Assembly: GCA_047150005.1 (NCBI GenBank) | Contig: AP038806.1 | Location: 1,248,001-1,312,000, forward strand | DNA: 64,000 nt | Source: Nitrospira sp. | Lineage (GTDB): Bacteria > Nitrospirota > Nitrospiria > Nitrospirales > Nitrospiraceae | Direction of reading: 5' to 3' | Shown: positions 40,473 to 49,942 of the stretch, one piece after another | Position numbering within the stretch: position 1 is the first letter of the stretch | How the letters are laid out: each line of letters opens with the position of its first letter | Program-made: the position numbers and the translations under genes | Notes under the pieces: generated by a model | Database searches by the model: none | What the model saw: only the letters and a program-made list of their open reading frames with translations | Told to the model about the DNA's origin: nothing

Positions 40473-41744
40473 ATGGCCATTGAAAACAATTTCCAGCACG
40501 ACGAACTGTCGCGCAAGAGCCCCGGAACCAGACTGACGACCGCCGAGTTGACGACCGCGCCGACACCGGAGACTCCGGCCTGGACGGAGTCGATGGCCGA
40601 ACACGGCGTGCATTTTTCCGGGGCGGGGGTGAAAGCCGTCGTCTTTGTGCACGGCTCGGTCCACGGAACGGACCTCTTCGGCGTGCAGCGACTGGACCAC
40701 GTCGGCGGTTTGAAACGAGGCTATTCGCGCGGCGTCTCCGGGCTCGATGCCTTGCTTGCCGCCATGCGCCCGGAAAGCAACGGTATTCCACCCCTGCCGA
40801 ATGGCCTCACTCCCCCGCTCCGCGACGACGCTCCGACCCGGCACGTGCTCGACCACCAGGTGAAAGACGCGGGGAATTTCACAGAAGCCGACGTCAATCT
40901 CTATGCCAAGGCCGTCAACCGGTCGGTCCCCGAATCCATTTCGTGCCAGCGGCAGCTGTGGACCTCGGAACACCATCATCTGGGCCGCGCCATCGCCGCG
41001 GTCCGTCTGCTCGACTCATTGCGAACACTCGCGATGCAACAGCGTCTGACCACCGGACACCGCGTACTGATCCAGGCGCATGGGCAGGCCGGATTGGTCC
41101 TCGCGCTGGCATCGAATTTCCTTTGTCCAAGTCCCGTCACGGGACGACCTGCATTGCTCGGGATTCTCTCCGGCTATGCCGCACAGGCCGGGTTGGCGGA
41201 TCTTGCGGCCGCGACCACCCGAATAGGGCCTCACCTTGAATCAGGCTCCTTGTTGAACGGCGCGACCGCGGACGTCGTGACGTTCGGAACCCCGGTCCGG
41301 TACGGCTGGGATCCATCGGGACTTGGCGCCCTCCTGCACGTGGTGAATCACCGTAATCTGCGGACCGATGGCAAAGCCTGGCTTTCAAAAATGGAACTGC
41401 CCCAGATCACCATGGAAATGCCAATTGCATGGGGAGGCGATTATGTGCAGGAGCTCGCCGTCGCGGGCAGCGATGCGTTGCCGTCGACGGAATTGGCGAC
41501 CGCCGCCAACAAGGCGATTTGGGAGTTGGTCGAACCCTACGACGGGTTCGAGCGGTGGCTTGAATGTGCACGCCGGGCGGTGCGCTTTCCTGGTGAAGGG
41601 CAATGTCTGCTGGTCGATTACAAAGATTCCTCGGGCTCGACCAATCCGCGGGATCATTACTACGGCCATGCGGCCTATACGCGTCGCGATGCGATGCTCT
41701 TCAACACCGCGCAGATTGTGAAGCTGCTGTACGGCTCGCCCTAG
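40473..41744 (+). CDS. Hypothetical protein, alpha/beta-hydrolase-like
   Basis: VVFVHG, IQAHGQAG, VVTFGTPVRYGW, HAAY. Confidence 0.7.
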   Translation: MAIENNFQHDELSRKSPGTRLTTAELTTAPTPETPAWTESMAEHGVHFSGAGVKAVVFVHGSVHGTDLFGVQRLDHVGGLKRGYSRGVSGLDALLAAMRPESNGIPPLPNGLTPPLRDDAPTRHVLDHQVKDAGNFTEADVNLYAKAVNRSVPESISCQRQLWTSEHHHLGRAIAAVRLLDSLRTLAMQQRLTTGHRVLIQAHGQAGLVLALASNFLCPSPVTGRPALLGILSGYAAQAGLADLAAATTRIGPHLESGSLLNGATADVVTFGTPVRYGWDPSGLGALLHVVNHRNLRTDGKAWLSKMELPQITMEMPIAWGGDYVQELAVAGSDALPSTELATAANKAIWELVEPYDGFERWLECARRAVRFPGEGQCLLVDYKDSSGSTNPRDHYYGHAAYTRRDAMLFNTAQIVKLLYGSP

Positions 41745-42095
41745 CTCCGTCAGCAGAACGACATTCGAGATATCCCGTGTCTTTCACAGGATCGTCGCTT
41801 CGTCCTTCCGACTGTGAGATCCCCTGAACATTTTCGGGCGTTATGTGTCGTTTTTCGAAAGTCTCGTCGGCCCGATCCTAACGCGTGACGACAGCCCCTC
41901 TGCAACCCATTGAATTTATTTTTGACCTTACGGGACGCTACTGATTGTCCCGGGCCCGAAGTTTGCTCCTCTCGCGTCCGACTTTTTGCAGGCCAGAAAG
42001 GAGGGGGCATTGACGGCATAGACAGCGGTCGACAGGCTCGAAGGACGTTGCTTTCACGTTTTTCTTTTTCATTCATCATGTATGGAGGATAGGGA

Positions 42096-42509
42096 ATGCG
42101 CGGTGTGAATACTGTTTCACGGTTCATCGGATCAGCAATCACGTTGACGCTCTTGCTCACATTGACCAACCCGGCGGCTCACGCTGCGCCGGCTCGAGCC
42201 GCAAAGGACGGGGGCGAACGCGGCAAGGCGGTGGCCATGGCGGCGCGCTATCTGCAGGGACCCGGGTTCGCCGACCCGATGCTGGCCGCCGAAACCGCAC
42301 CGGATGCGTCCTTGAGCGTTGAAGTGGACCACAAGGGTTGGGCCCGGATGGATCGGGAACAGAAAATGGACTTTCTCGATCGGATCAACGGCGGTGCGCT
42401 CCGCGCCAACGGCGGTGTCTCGATCGACATTCATGTCTCGATGAACGGCAGCAAAGTCGCGACGTCGATGTTCTCTTCGGGTCAACAAGTCATGCGGCTG
42501 GTCGACTGA
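42096..42509 (+). CDS. Small exported hypothetical protein
   Basis: GGAGGA RBS; signal peptide ending AHA. Confidence 0.7.
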   Translation: MRGVNTVSRFIGSAITLTLLLTLTNPAAHAAPARAAKDGGERGKAVAMAARYLQGPGFADPMLAAETAPDASLSVEVDHKGWARMDREQKMDFLDRINGGALRANGGVSIDIHVSMNGSKVATSMFSSGQQVMRLVD

Positions 42510-42589
42510 CCAGTCCTCTCGCAGCCCGCGCGGAGCGGGACCCGAGTCCCCTCCGCGCACGGGTCCAAGTCTATTCCCCCTGACGTTCG

Positions 42590-42847
42590 TTATTTCTTAA
42601 AGATCAGCTTCGGAGACGTGAGGTTCCCGGCGCTCACGGCGACCAACTCCCATCCTCCGTTGCCGAACTCGTTCAAGGCTTGCTGCATGGAATCCGTGTC
42701 GTGCAACACCTCGACGATGCGATACTGAAATCGTTTGGTTTCCTGGGCTTTCGCCAAAAATGGTTGCGCAACGACCAACGTCATCGCAGACACGCTCACG
42801 CTCACAACGAGGGACATGATGACCACCGAGATGCGTCCTCGATTCAT
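42590..42847 (-). CDS. DUF4177-like small protein with N-terminal TM/signal segment
   Basis: FQYRIV...LNEFGNGGWELVAV...IFKK; AGGAGG RBS. Confidence 0.8.
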   Translation of the reverse strand: MNRGRISVVIMSLVVSVSVSAMTLVVAQPFLAKAQETKRFQYRIVEVLHDTDSMQQALNEFGNGGWELVAVSAGNLTSPKLIFKK

Positions 42848-42944
42848 GACTTCCTCCTGCTGTTGCTGATTGTTCCAGTCGATCTCAATCGAGCATCGTG
42901 ATTCAGTCACGCACCTTTAGTCACGCTTCCCACGCATCATTCGA

Positions 42945-45602
42945 TCAAGGATGCGCGATCCGCCAATTCTTGCCTACCCCTAGGTCAACTTTCAGCGGCA
43001 CCGACAAGCCGAGCTGCCTTCCGACCCCTTCCATTTCGCTCTTGACCAGGCTCTTCGCCTCATCCACTGCTTGTTCCGGGACCTCAAAGATCAACTCGTC
43101 ATGAACCTGGAGAATCATCTTCGTGTGCGGCAGCTCCTTGTGAAGTCTCCGGTGGACGTCGATCATGGCGACCTTGATCAGGTCGGCCGCGGAACCTTGA
43201 ATCGGGCTGTTCACCGCCATACGTTCGCCGAAGCCGCGCTGGACAGGATCACCGCTCTGAAGCTCAGGAATGGGCCGGCGGCGGCCGAGGATCGTCGTCG
43301 TGTAGCCCTTTTCCTTGCCCTCCGCGATGTTCCGGTCCATGAGGGCCCGCACCGCCGCGAACTTCTCAAAAAACGTCTCGATGTATTTCTTAGCCTCGGC
43401 CTGCGACACACCGATGTTCTGCGACAGCCCGAAGGGGCTGATGCCGTAGACAATGCCGAAGACCACGGTCTTGGCGACGCGCCGCATGTCGCGTGTGATC
43501 TGGCCGGCCGGCAGATTGAAGATCTCCATGGCGGTCGCCATGTGGATATCCTCTCCCTTGGTGAATATGCTGATCAAGCGGGGATCCTGTGACAGGTGCG
43601 CGAGAATGCGCGGTTCAATCTGGCTGTAATCGGCGCAAAGCAGTTCATGACCCTTCGGAGCAATGAAGGCTTCGCGGATGCGGAGACCATAGTCGCCCTT
43701 GACCGGAATGTTTTGGAGGTTCGGATCCGTAGAGGACAGCCGGCCGGTCGCGGCGACCGTCTGGTTGAGCGAAGTGTGCAGCCGCTTGGTCTCCGGATTG
43801 ATCAATTCGGGCAACGCATCAACATAGGTGGATTTGAGCTTGCTGAGGCTCCGGTAGTTCAAGATCTGCTGGGGCAATTCGTGCTGTGTCGCCAGCTGTG
43901 TGAGGGTATCTTCGTCCGTCGAATAGCCTGTCTTGGTCTTGCGGATGGGCTTCAGCCCGAGCTGTTCGAACAAGACGGTCGCCAGTTGCTTCGGAGAGTT
44001 GATGTTGAACGCGCCGCCGGCCAGCCCGGCGATGGTCTCCATCATGCTGTCGAGCTCCCGTTCCAATTCCTTGCTCAGCTCGCGCAGACCTTCGACGTTC
44101 AACAAGAATCCATTCCGTTCGATTTCAACCAGCACGGGGACAAGCGGCATTTCAACGTTCTGAAACAGTTGGAGACTCCCCTGTTCCGACAGACGTTCGG
44201 TCAGGACAGGACCGAGACCCGCCAAAGCCGACGCGGCTTCCGCCGTCTCCTCACGCGATCCCGTCTCGGCATCGAACAGACTCTGTGGGACCGCTTTCTG
44301 TTCCTTTCCCTGCCCGAGGCGATGATTCAACACTTCCAAGGCGACGGTCACAAGTTGATGGTCGCGACGGTTCGGGTTGAGAAGGTAATCCGCAACCATC
44401 GCGTCGAAATACGGCTCGGCAAGGGGCACTCCGATCCGGTGAAAGGCCAGCAGCGTCGCCTTCAGATCATGGACGATCTTGGTTCTCGCGCCGTCATGCA
44501 GCAGGGCCGTAATGGGTCTCATGTAGGCATGGACGTCGAGCGGAATGAACGCGGTCATGCCTCCGGCGGAAAGCGCCATCCCCTGCATCGAAGCGTTCAC
44601 TCCTGTTCCTCTCGATAGGAGACAACGCACCCCGAGAGGGCTTTCCTTCGGCAGGTCCCTGACAAATTGTTCGGCAGCCTGCTCGTCCTCGATGACCTGA
44701 GTCTCTGCCGCTCTCGCCGCAACCGGTTCAGACGCCGACGGCAACGATTTCAACAACGTCGTGAATTCCAGCTCGCGAAAAAGGTCGGCGAGCCGGTCCG
44801 TCTGCGGCTCCTGTAACCGATAGGTGGCCGGATCAAATCGCACTGGGGAATCAACCTGGATCGTCGCTAGCCGACGGCTGAGGCGCGCATTCTCTGCCTG
44901 CTCGATGAGCATCGCCTTGGTCCGCGGCGGCGTCACTTCTTCAACCCGTCGCAGCAGATCCTCAATCGTCCCGAACTGCGCGATCAGTTTGATCGCCGTT
45001 TTCTCGCCGATTCCCTTCACGCCGGGAATGTTGTCCGTACTGTCTCCCATCAGTCCCATCACTTCGACGACACGAGACGGCTCGACGCCGAACCGCTCGA
45101 GGCACTCCGCTTCGCCGGACCATTTGTTTTTGACCGGATCGAAGATGCGGGTGTGCGCAGTCAACACTTGAAACATGTCTTTGTCGCCCGTCACGATCAC
45201 GACGTCGTAGCCCGCGACTTCCGCCTGACGCGCCAATGTCCCGATCAGGTCGTCGGCCTCGTAGCCGGCTTGCCGGACGACAGGGATCGAGAACGCTTCG
45301 ACAAGGCGATGGATGTACGGCACCTGGGCCTGCATTCCTTGCGGCATCGGCGGTCGATGGGCCTTGTACGCCTTGAATTCCTCATGACGAAGCGTCGGAC
45401 CCTTTTCATCAAATGCCACGGCGAGTCCGTCCGGTTTGTGCTCGCGGATGATCTTCATCAGCGTCGTCGTGAAACCGTAGATCGCGTTCGTCTGGAAGCC
45501 TTTCGAATTGTTCAAGGGAGGTAGGGCAAAGAACGCGCGATAGACGTAGGCGCTGCCGTCGATCAGATAGAGCACTCGGCGTCGTTGGCCCGTAGAAGTC
45601 AT
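42945..45602 (-). CDS. polA: DNA polymerase I
   Basis: LIDGS, EADDLIG, DNIPGVKGIGEKTA, TGRLSSTDPNLQNIP, DYSQIE, QVHDEL. Confidence 0.97.
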   Translation of the reverse strand: MTSTGQRRRVLYLIDGSAYVYRAFFALPPLNNSKGFQTNAIYGFTTTLMKIIREHKPDGLAVAFDEKGPTLRHEEFKAYKAHRPPMPQGMQAQVPYIHRLVEAFSIPVVRQAGYEADDLIGTLARQAEVAGYDVVIVTGDKDMFQVLTAHTRIFDPVKNKWSGEAECLERFGVEPSRVVEVMGLMGDSTDNIPGVKGIGEKTAIKLIAQFGTIEDLLRRVEEVTPPRTKAMLIEQAENARLSRRLATIQVDSPVRFDPATYRLQEPQTDRLADLFRELEFTTLLKSLPSASEPVAARAAETQVIEDEQAAEQFVRDLPKESPLGVRCLLSRGTGVNASMQGMALSAGGMTAFIPLDVHAYMRPITALLHDGARTKIVHDLKATLLAFHRIGVPLAEPYFDAMVADYLLNPNRRDHQLVTVALEVLNHRLGQGKEQKAVPQSLFDAETGSREETAEAASALAGLGPVLTERLSEQGSLQLFQNVEMPLVPVLVEIERNGFLLNVEGLRELSKELERELDSMMETIAGLAGGAFNINSPKQLATVLFEQLGLKPIRKTKTGYSTDEDTLTQLATQHELPQQILNYRSLSKLKSTYVDALPELINPETKRLHTSLNQTVAATGRLSSTDPNLQNIPVKGDYGLRIREAFIAPKGHELLCADYSQIEPRILAHLSQDPRLISIFTKGEDIHMATAMEIFNLPAGQITRDMRRVAKTVVFGIVYGISPFGLSQNIGVSQAEAKKYIETFFEKFAAVRALMDRNIAEGKEKGYTTTILGRRRPIPELQSGDPVQRGFGERMAVNSPIQGSAADLIKVAMIDVHRRLHKELPHTKMILQVHDELIFEVPEQAVDEAKSLVKSEMEGVGRQLGLSVPLKVDLGVGKNWRIAHP

Positions 45603-45686
45603 GGCCGGCCAGGCTCAGCGTTCATTCCTGTGGCAGCCGTCCCTCCCGCCCGTCCCGAGTGGCTGCGACCGTTGAGAGGGCTCACA

Positions 45687-46118
45687 TTACGAATCCGGGG
45701 CGAGCACAAGCGGAGGTTTCTCGAATTTTCGGCGCATCGCATTGATGGCCCCCAGAACGGTCGGTTGACCGATCAATTTGGCTTCCACTCTGCGCTTACC
45801 CGGAAAATCGAGCATGGAGATGCCGATCAACATCGTGAGGATCCCCTGCCCCGGCAGGAACAACATCAAGAACCCCACGAAAACGAACACGGCACCCAGG
45901 ACGTTCTTGACGAGATGGCCCGCCATGCGAAGCACGGGATGATGATTTTCCATCCAGGGTCGGGGCACCCGAACGTCGAAATAGTCCGCCGGAAGGCGCA
46001 CCAGGATGAACGGAATGGCGATGAGCGTACCGACAAAAAACACCAGCGAGAGGACCGTCAACGCGATCAATGTGTCCGTCGAGACGACCTGCTCCACCGT
46101 CGAAAGGAGCCAATCCAT
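45687..46118 (-). CDS. PGPGW-family transmembrane protein
   Basis: LPADYF, KNVLG, MLFLPGQGILT, DFPGKR. Confidence 0.8.
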   Translation of the reverse strand: MDWLLSTVEQVVSTDTLIALTVLSLVFFVGTLIAIPFILVRLPADYFDVRVPRPWMENHHPVLRMAGHLVKNVLGAVFVFVGFLMLFLPGQGILTMLIGISMLDFPGKRRVEAKLIGQPTVLGAINAMRRKFEKPPLVLAPDS

Positions 46119-46215
46119 GGGGTGGGCATCCTAGCACGCGACCTACAGGCACTCAAGCCGATGAGCCGCGCGGGCACGTGTTTACTGCATGCGACACGGG
46201 CGCTATAATTCCTGA

Positions 46216-46572
46216 ATGCCGATCATCGTTCGCGCGCAGAGCCAGCACTGGTCACGCCCGGCGCTGCTGCTGTGTTTTCTGACCGCTTTCCTCGCCGCTA
46301 CGTACGCCGCCGCCGGGCCTGATGAGCTCCAGATCGAAGTCACGAAAAAGGGGCTCGGCAAAGAGGTCGTCATCACCCAGGGGACGCGCGAGTGGTACAT
46401 GCTCGTCGAGGTGACGCCGGAAAACACGGTGGTCGTCAGGCAGGAAAAGGAGCGGGACCGCTATCTGGTGGATGAAAGCGAAACGCACGACCGGCCGCTC
46501 GCTCCGATCGAAGTGGACGGCGCGATCACGGACTACATCAACAGCGTGAAAGCTCGCGCGCACAAGAAATAG
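46216..46572 (+). CDS. Small exported hypothetical protein
   Basis: Signal-peptide-like N-terminus; 10 nt upstream of the DsrE-family gene. Confidence 0.7.
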   Translation: MPIIVRAQSQHWSRPALLLCFLTAFLAATYAAAGPDELQIEVTKKGLGKEVVITQGTREWYMLVEVTPENTVVVRQEKERDRYLVDESETHDRPLAPIEVDGAITDYINSVKARAHKK

Positions 46573-46582
46573 CCGTCCTGCG

Positions 46583-46996
46583 ATGAAGCCCAAGTTCGTC
46601 CTCTTCGCCCATAACGCCACGTACGACAAGCTGCATCAGGTCGCCACCCTCGGCCTGACCGCCGCGGCGATGGGAAAGGACGTCATCGTCATCCTGTTGT
46701 TCTGGACCATCAAGAAGCTGGCCGAAGGCCAGATCGACCGGCTGGATTTCCCTCCCGAATATGGCGCATCCGCCGGAGAGGTAGCCCGTCTCCTGGAAGC
46801 AAAGAAAGTCCCCAAAATCTCTCAAATGTTTCAAGAAGCCAAGCTTGTGGGACAGTTCCGCCTCATCGCCTGCAGCGCCGGATTGGAATACATGGCAGTC
46901 GACGCAGACGTGGTGGTGAAGCACGTCGACGAAGTCCTGGGGCTTCCGGCAATCATCTCCCTCACGGCCGACGCGGAAACGAAGCTCTTCATTTGA
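46583..46996 (+). CDS. DsrE/DsrF/DrsH-like family protein
   Basis: TAAAMGKDV.ILLFW, RLIACSAGL, LFI C-terminus. Confidence 0.82.
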   Translation: MKPKFVLFAHNATYDKLHQVATLGLTAAAMGKDVIVILLFWTIKKLAEGQIDRLDFPPEYGASAGEVARLLEAKKVPKISQMFQEAKLVGQFRLIACSAGLEYMAVDADVVVKHVDEVLGLPAIISLTADAETKLFI

Positions 46997-47085
46997 AGGC
47001 ATCTCTCGCGTCACGTCGTTCGTATCTCGTAAAGAAATCGTAGAGAAAGGGGTTGCTCCATCGCTTCACGAGCTGCGCTTCACAC

Positions 47086-47745
47086 CTAACGACTTCTCGT
47101 CACTCCGGCCTGATCGCAACAGTCGATTAACTTGCAGCGGCTACAGAAGGGCGACACCGGCTGGCAGAGGTTCTGCCCATAGGGAACCAGCAAGTCATTG
47201 AACGACATCCAGTACGGCTTCGGCAGCTTTCGTCGCAGTGCCTGCTCGGTCTCGTCGGGCGTGCGCGTCTTCAGATAGCCCCACCGATTGGTAATGCGGT
47301 GAACATGAATGTCCACACAGATCCCAGGCTTGCGGTAACCCACCGTCACCACGAGATTGGCGGTCTTGCGGCCTACACCAGGCAAGGTCAGCAGCTCGTC
47401 GATGGAATCGGGAACCGTTCCCCCATAGACGTCGATGAGACGGCGGCAGATGAGACGAATGGATTTGGCTTTCGTCCGATAGAACCCCACCGGGTAGATG
47501 GCTTTCTGAATCTTCGCCAGCGACAGGGACAACATGGACGCAGGCGTATGGGCAAGGGCGAACAAGCGCCTGCCGGCTTCGCTTGTGGTCTTATCCTTGG
47601 TGCGCAGGCTCAGGAGGCAGGAGATTAAAATGCGGAAAGGGTCACGATCCGATTCGCGCGCCACCACCCCCACGACCGGCTCCTGCCATTGACGCACCTC
47701 ACGCCTGACAATGGCGATTGCCGCATGGATTTGGTCCTGGCGCAT
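47086..47745 (-). CDS. nth: Endonuclease III
   Basis: LLSLRTKD, LPGVGRKTANLV (HhH), VDIHVHR, CQPVSPFCSRC..C Fe-S motif. Confidence 0.93.
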   Translation of the reverse strand: MRQDQIHAAIAIVRREVRQWQEPVVGVVARESDRDPFRILISCLLSLRTKDKTTSEAGRRLFALAHTPASMLSLSLAKIQKAIYPVGFYRTKAKSIRLICRRLIDVYGGTVPDSIDELLTLPGVGRKTANLVVTVGYRKPGICVDIHVHRITNRWGYLKTRTPDETEQALRRKLPKPYWMSFNDLLVPYGQNLCQPVSPFCSRCKLIDCCDQAGVTRSR

Positions 47746-47804
47746 CCGAAACAGGAAGGAGCGGGACGGCAGACCTGATCAAGACATGAAAAAAGGAGGA
47801 GTGT

Positions 47805-47999
47805 CTATTCCGGCTTCCGCTTCGACAGCCACTTTTGCCGGCGCCGTTGCGCCTCGCGCTGCTTGGCTTTCTTCCTGACGCTCGGCTTCTCATAGTAACG
47901 CCGCCGCTTCAGTTCCCGGAAAAGCCCTTCCCCCGCAAGCTTCTTCTTGGCGACCTTGAGGGCCTTTTCAACGTTGTTATTGAAGACCTTGATTTCCAT
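47805..47999 (-). CDS. rpsU: 30S ribosomal protein S21
   Basis: NVEKALK...RELKRRRYYEKPSVRKK. Confidence 0.95.
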   Translation of the reverse strand: MEIKVFNNNVEKALKVAKKKLAGEGLFRELKRRRYYEKPSVRKKAKQREAQRRRQKWLSKRKPE

Positions 48000-49582
48000 T
48001 CGCGTCGCTTCTGTGCTTTCTCAGGCCGTGCCTGTGCTGATTTTTCCTTAGTGACAGACCGATTAGGCGGCGGAGTGTAGCACAGCCTCCTCAGTTCCTC
48101 AAGACAGATTGCAACCCGGCGGATCCGGCTGCCGATTGATCGTATAAGTCTATGATTCTGTTGATATCGTACGTTCTCTCGAACAATATAAAGACCGGCT
48201 TCTCCGGCAGCCAGACACAACATAATACCCACTGCCGCATCGGCTTGCACCCTCGCTTTGACGTATTTCCGGCCGACGTGAAGCCGTCTCCCCACCTGTC
48301 CCGCCAGCTCGGCAATTTGCAAGGGGACCTCCGTCGCACGGTGCAGAGCGGCAGCCAGTCTGGCCGGACGTCGCCGATCGGATGCCGGGAGTCTCGAAGC
48401 CTGAAGGTACTTCCCATAGGCGACTCCGTCGGCCTGCGCCAATCTCCCCAGCCGCTTGGCGATGGAGCGGAGACGCACCGCTTCGCCGCGTCGACGGCTC
48501 AGCCGTGCCCCCATAATTCCCAACGAGGCGGCACAGGCCGCGACCAGAGCCGACACCGACGCCCCGGCCGGACTGGGCGTTGCCGCCGCAATTGCGTCCA
48601 ATAGTTGTGCGACGGAGAGGCGTCGAAGATCCAGACCCGGCCGATGATTCGCAGCCGCGGCCGAGCGCGAGGATGCCCGGAAGGCCGACTCGATTTTCCT
48701 CTCCAGAATAAGCGAGCGATCAAACGATTCAAGACGGAGCGCATCGGCAGCGGCATCGACGAGCGCCGCCTCAGGGACCAGCCCCACGATCTCGCTGTCG
48801 GCGACGGGCACCGCATGCAAGGAGGCCAGGGCCTGCACGGCTTCGAATGCCGCATGGACGGGCGTCACGCGGTGGTCGGTCAGATTCATGGCCACCTGCA
48901 CCATGCGGCGGCTGGGCAGGTCGACCCCGATCGCCTTGACGTGGGCCATGCCTCCGCTCGACTGACGGACCGCCCGGGCGATCGACCGGGCGACTTCGAG
49001 GCTCGACGATCGCAGATTGACGTTGAAGGCGATCAACGGAGGTCTGGCCCCGATGACGATCGCTCCCGCGGTCCGGTGCAGCGCGGCCGGTCCGAAATCC
49101 GGGCGCCACTCGGGATCGGACCGCATCCGAAGCGCCAGCCCTTCCAAGCCTCCCCGGCGCACGGATTCCAGCGGCGCGCGGCCCGGTCCGGTAGCCGCCT
49201 GCTCATAGAGAAATACGGGGATGCCCAACTGTCGGCCCACCCGGTCTCCGAGGCGCCGGGCCAGTTGCACGCAGCCATGCGCCGAAACGCCCCTGGCCGG
49301 AACAAAGGGCACGACGTCCGTGGCACCGATGCGCGGATGCACCCCACGATGCCTGCGAATGTCGATCAGCCTGGTCGCCACCCGGATGGCACGAAACGCC
49401 GCGTCGGCCGCGGCATCCGGTTCACCCACGAACGTGAGGACCGACCGGTGATGGTCCGGGTCCATCGTCCAGTTCAACAGTGCCACACCCGTCACCGACT
49501 GCACCGCCCGGATCAAGGCACGGACGGTCGTCCTGTTCCGTCCCTCGCTGAAATTCGGCACACAGGTCACGAGGTGGTCCAC
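47909..49582 (-). CDS. ftcD: Glutamate formiminotransferase with a divergent cyclodeaminase-like C-terminal domain
   Basis: CVPNFSEGR, DPDHHRSVLT, HRGVHPRIGATDVVPFVP, GARPPLIAFNVNL, QVAMNL, SEIVGLVP; GTG start at 49582. Confidence 0.88.
   Translation of the reverse strand: MDHLVTCVPNFSEGRNRTTVRALIRAVQSVTGVALLNWTMDPDHHRSVLTFVGEPDAAADAAFRAIRVATRLIDIRRHRGVHPRIGATDVVPFVPARGVSAHGCVQLARRLGDRVGRQLGIPVFLYEQAATGPGRAPLESVRRGGLEGLALRMRSDPEWRPDFGPAALHRTAGAIVIGARPPLIAFNVNLRSSSLEVARSIARAVRQSSGGMAHVKAIGVDLPSRRMVQVAMNLTDHRVTPVHAAFEAVQALASLHAVPVADSEIVGLVPEAALVDAAADALRLESFDRSLILERKIESAFRASSRSAAAANHRPGLDLRRLSVAQLLDAIAAATPSPAGASVSALVAACAASLGIMGARLSRRRGEAVRLRSIAKRLGRLAQADGVAYGKYLQASRLPASDRRRPARLAAALHRATEVPLQIAELAGQVGRRLHVGRKYVKARVQADAAVGIMLCLAAGEAGLYIVRENVRYQQNHRLIRSIGSRIRRVAICLEELRRLCYTPPPNRSVTKEKSAQARPEKAQKRREWKSRSSITTLKRPSRSPRRSLRGKGFSGN
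48074..48102 (-). promoter_or_regulatory. Putative rpsU promoter inside the ftcD ORF
   Basis: TTGAGG-N17-TACACT with TGn extension, about 75 nt upstream of rpsU. Confidence 0.5.
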
Positions 49583-49598
49583 GGCCCGCTCCTCTTCC

Positions 49599-49638
49599 AA
49601 AAAAAAAGCCGGAGGAATGACGATCATGCCTCCGGCTT
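49599..49638 (-). terminator. Intrinsic terminator after tusA
   Basis: AAGCCGGAGGCATGA-tcg-TCATTCCTCCGGC followed by T9 on the minus strand. Confidence 0.85.
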
Positions 49639-49659
49639 CGTGCGCCCGTGATGGAGGTA

Positions 49660-49902
49660 TTACTTGGTCTTCTTCACAAAAGCTTTGTAGATGCGTCCGG
49701 ACTGAGCCTGCTCCTCTTCGAGGCCCAGCATCTGGTGACCGGTCGTGTCACACCAAGCCGGCATATCCTTCTTGATGCCTTCATCGTCGGACACCACTTC
49801 AAGCACCTGACCCAACGTCAGTTCCTTGATCTTCTTCGAGGTCATGATGATCGGCATAGGGCAGAAATACCCGAGCGTATCGAGCTTCACATCGGCTTGC
49901 AT
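49660..49902 (-). CDS. tusA: TusA-family sulfur carrier protein
   Basis: LDTLGYFCPMPII, GQVLEVVSDD, DMPAWC..TGH. Confidence 0.92.
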   Translation of the reverse strand: MQADVKLDTLGYFCPMPIIMTSKKIKELTLGQVLEVVSDDEGIKKDMPAWCDTTGHQMLGLEEEQAQSGRIYKAFVKKTK

Positions 49903-49942
49903 CTTCCACGACTCCGTGAAGGCTGAGGCCCTCGACCTTCTC

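Noticed and set aside
44300..44700. Degenerate 3'-5' exonuclease motifs in PolA
   Set aside because: Loss of proofreading residues is common among bacterial Pol I enzymes
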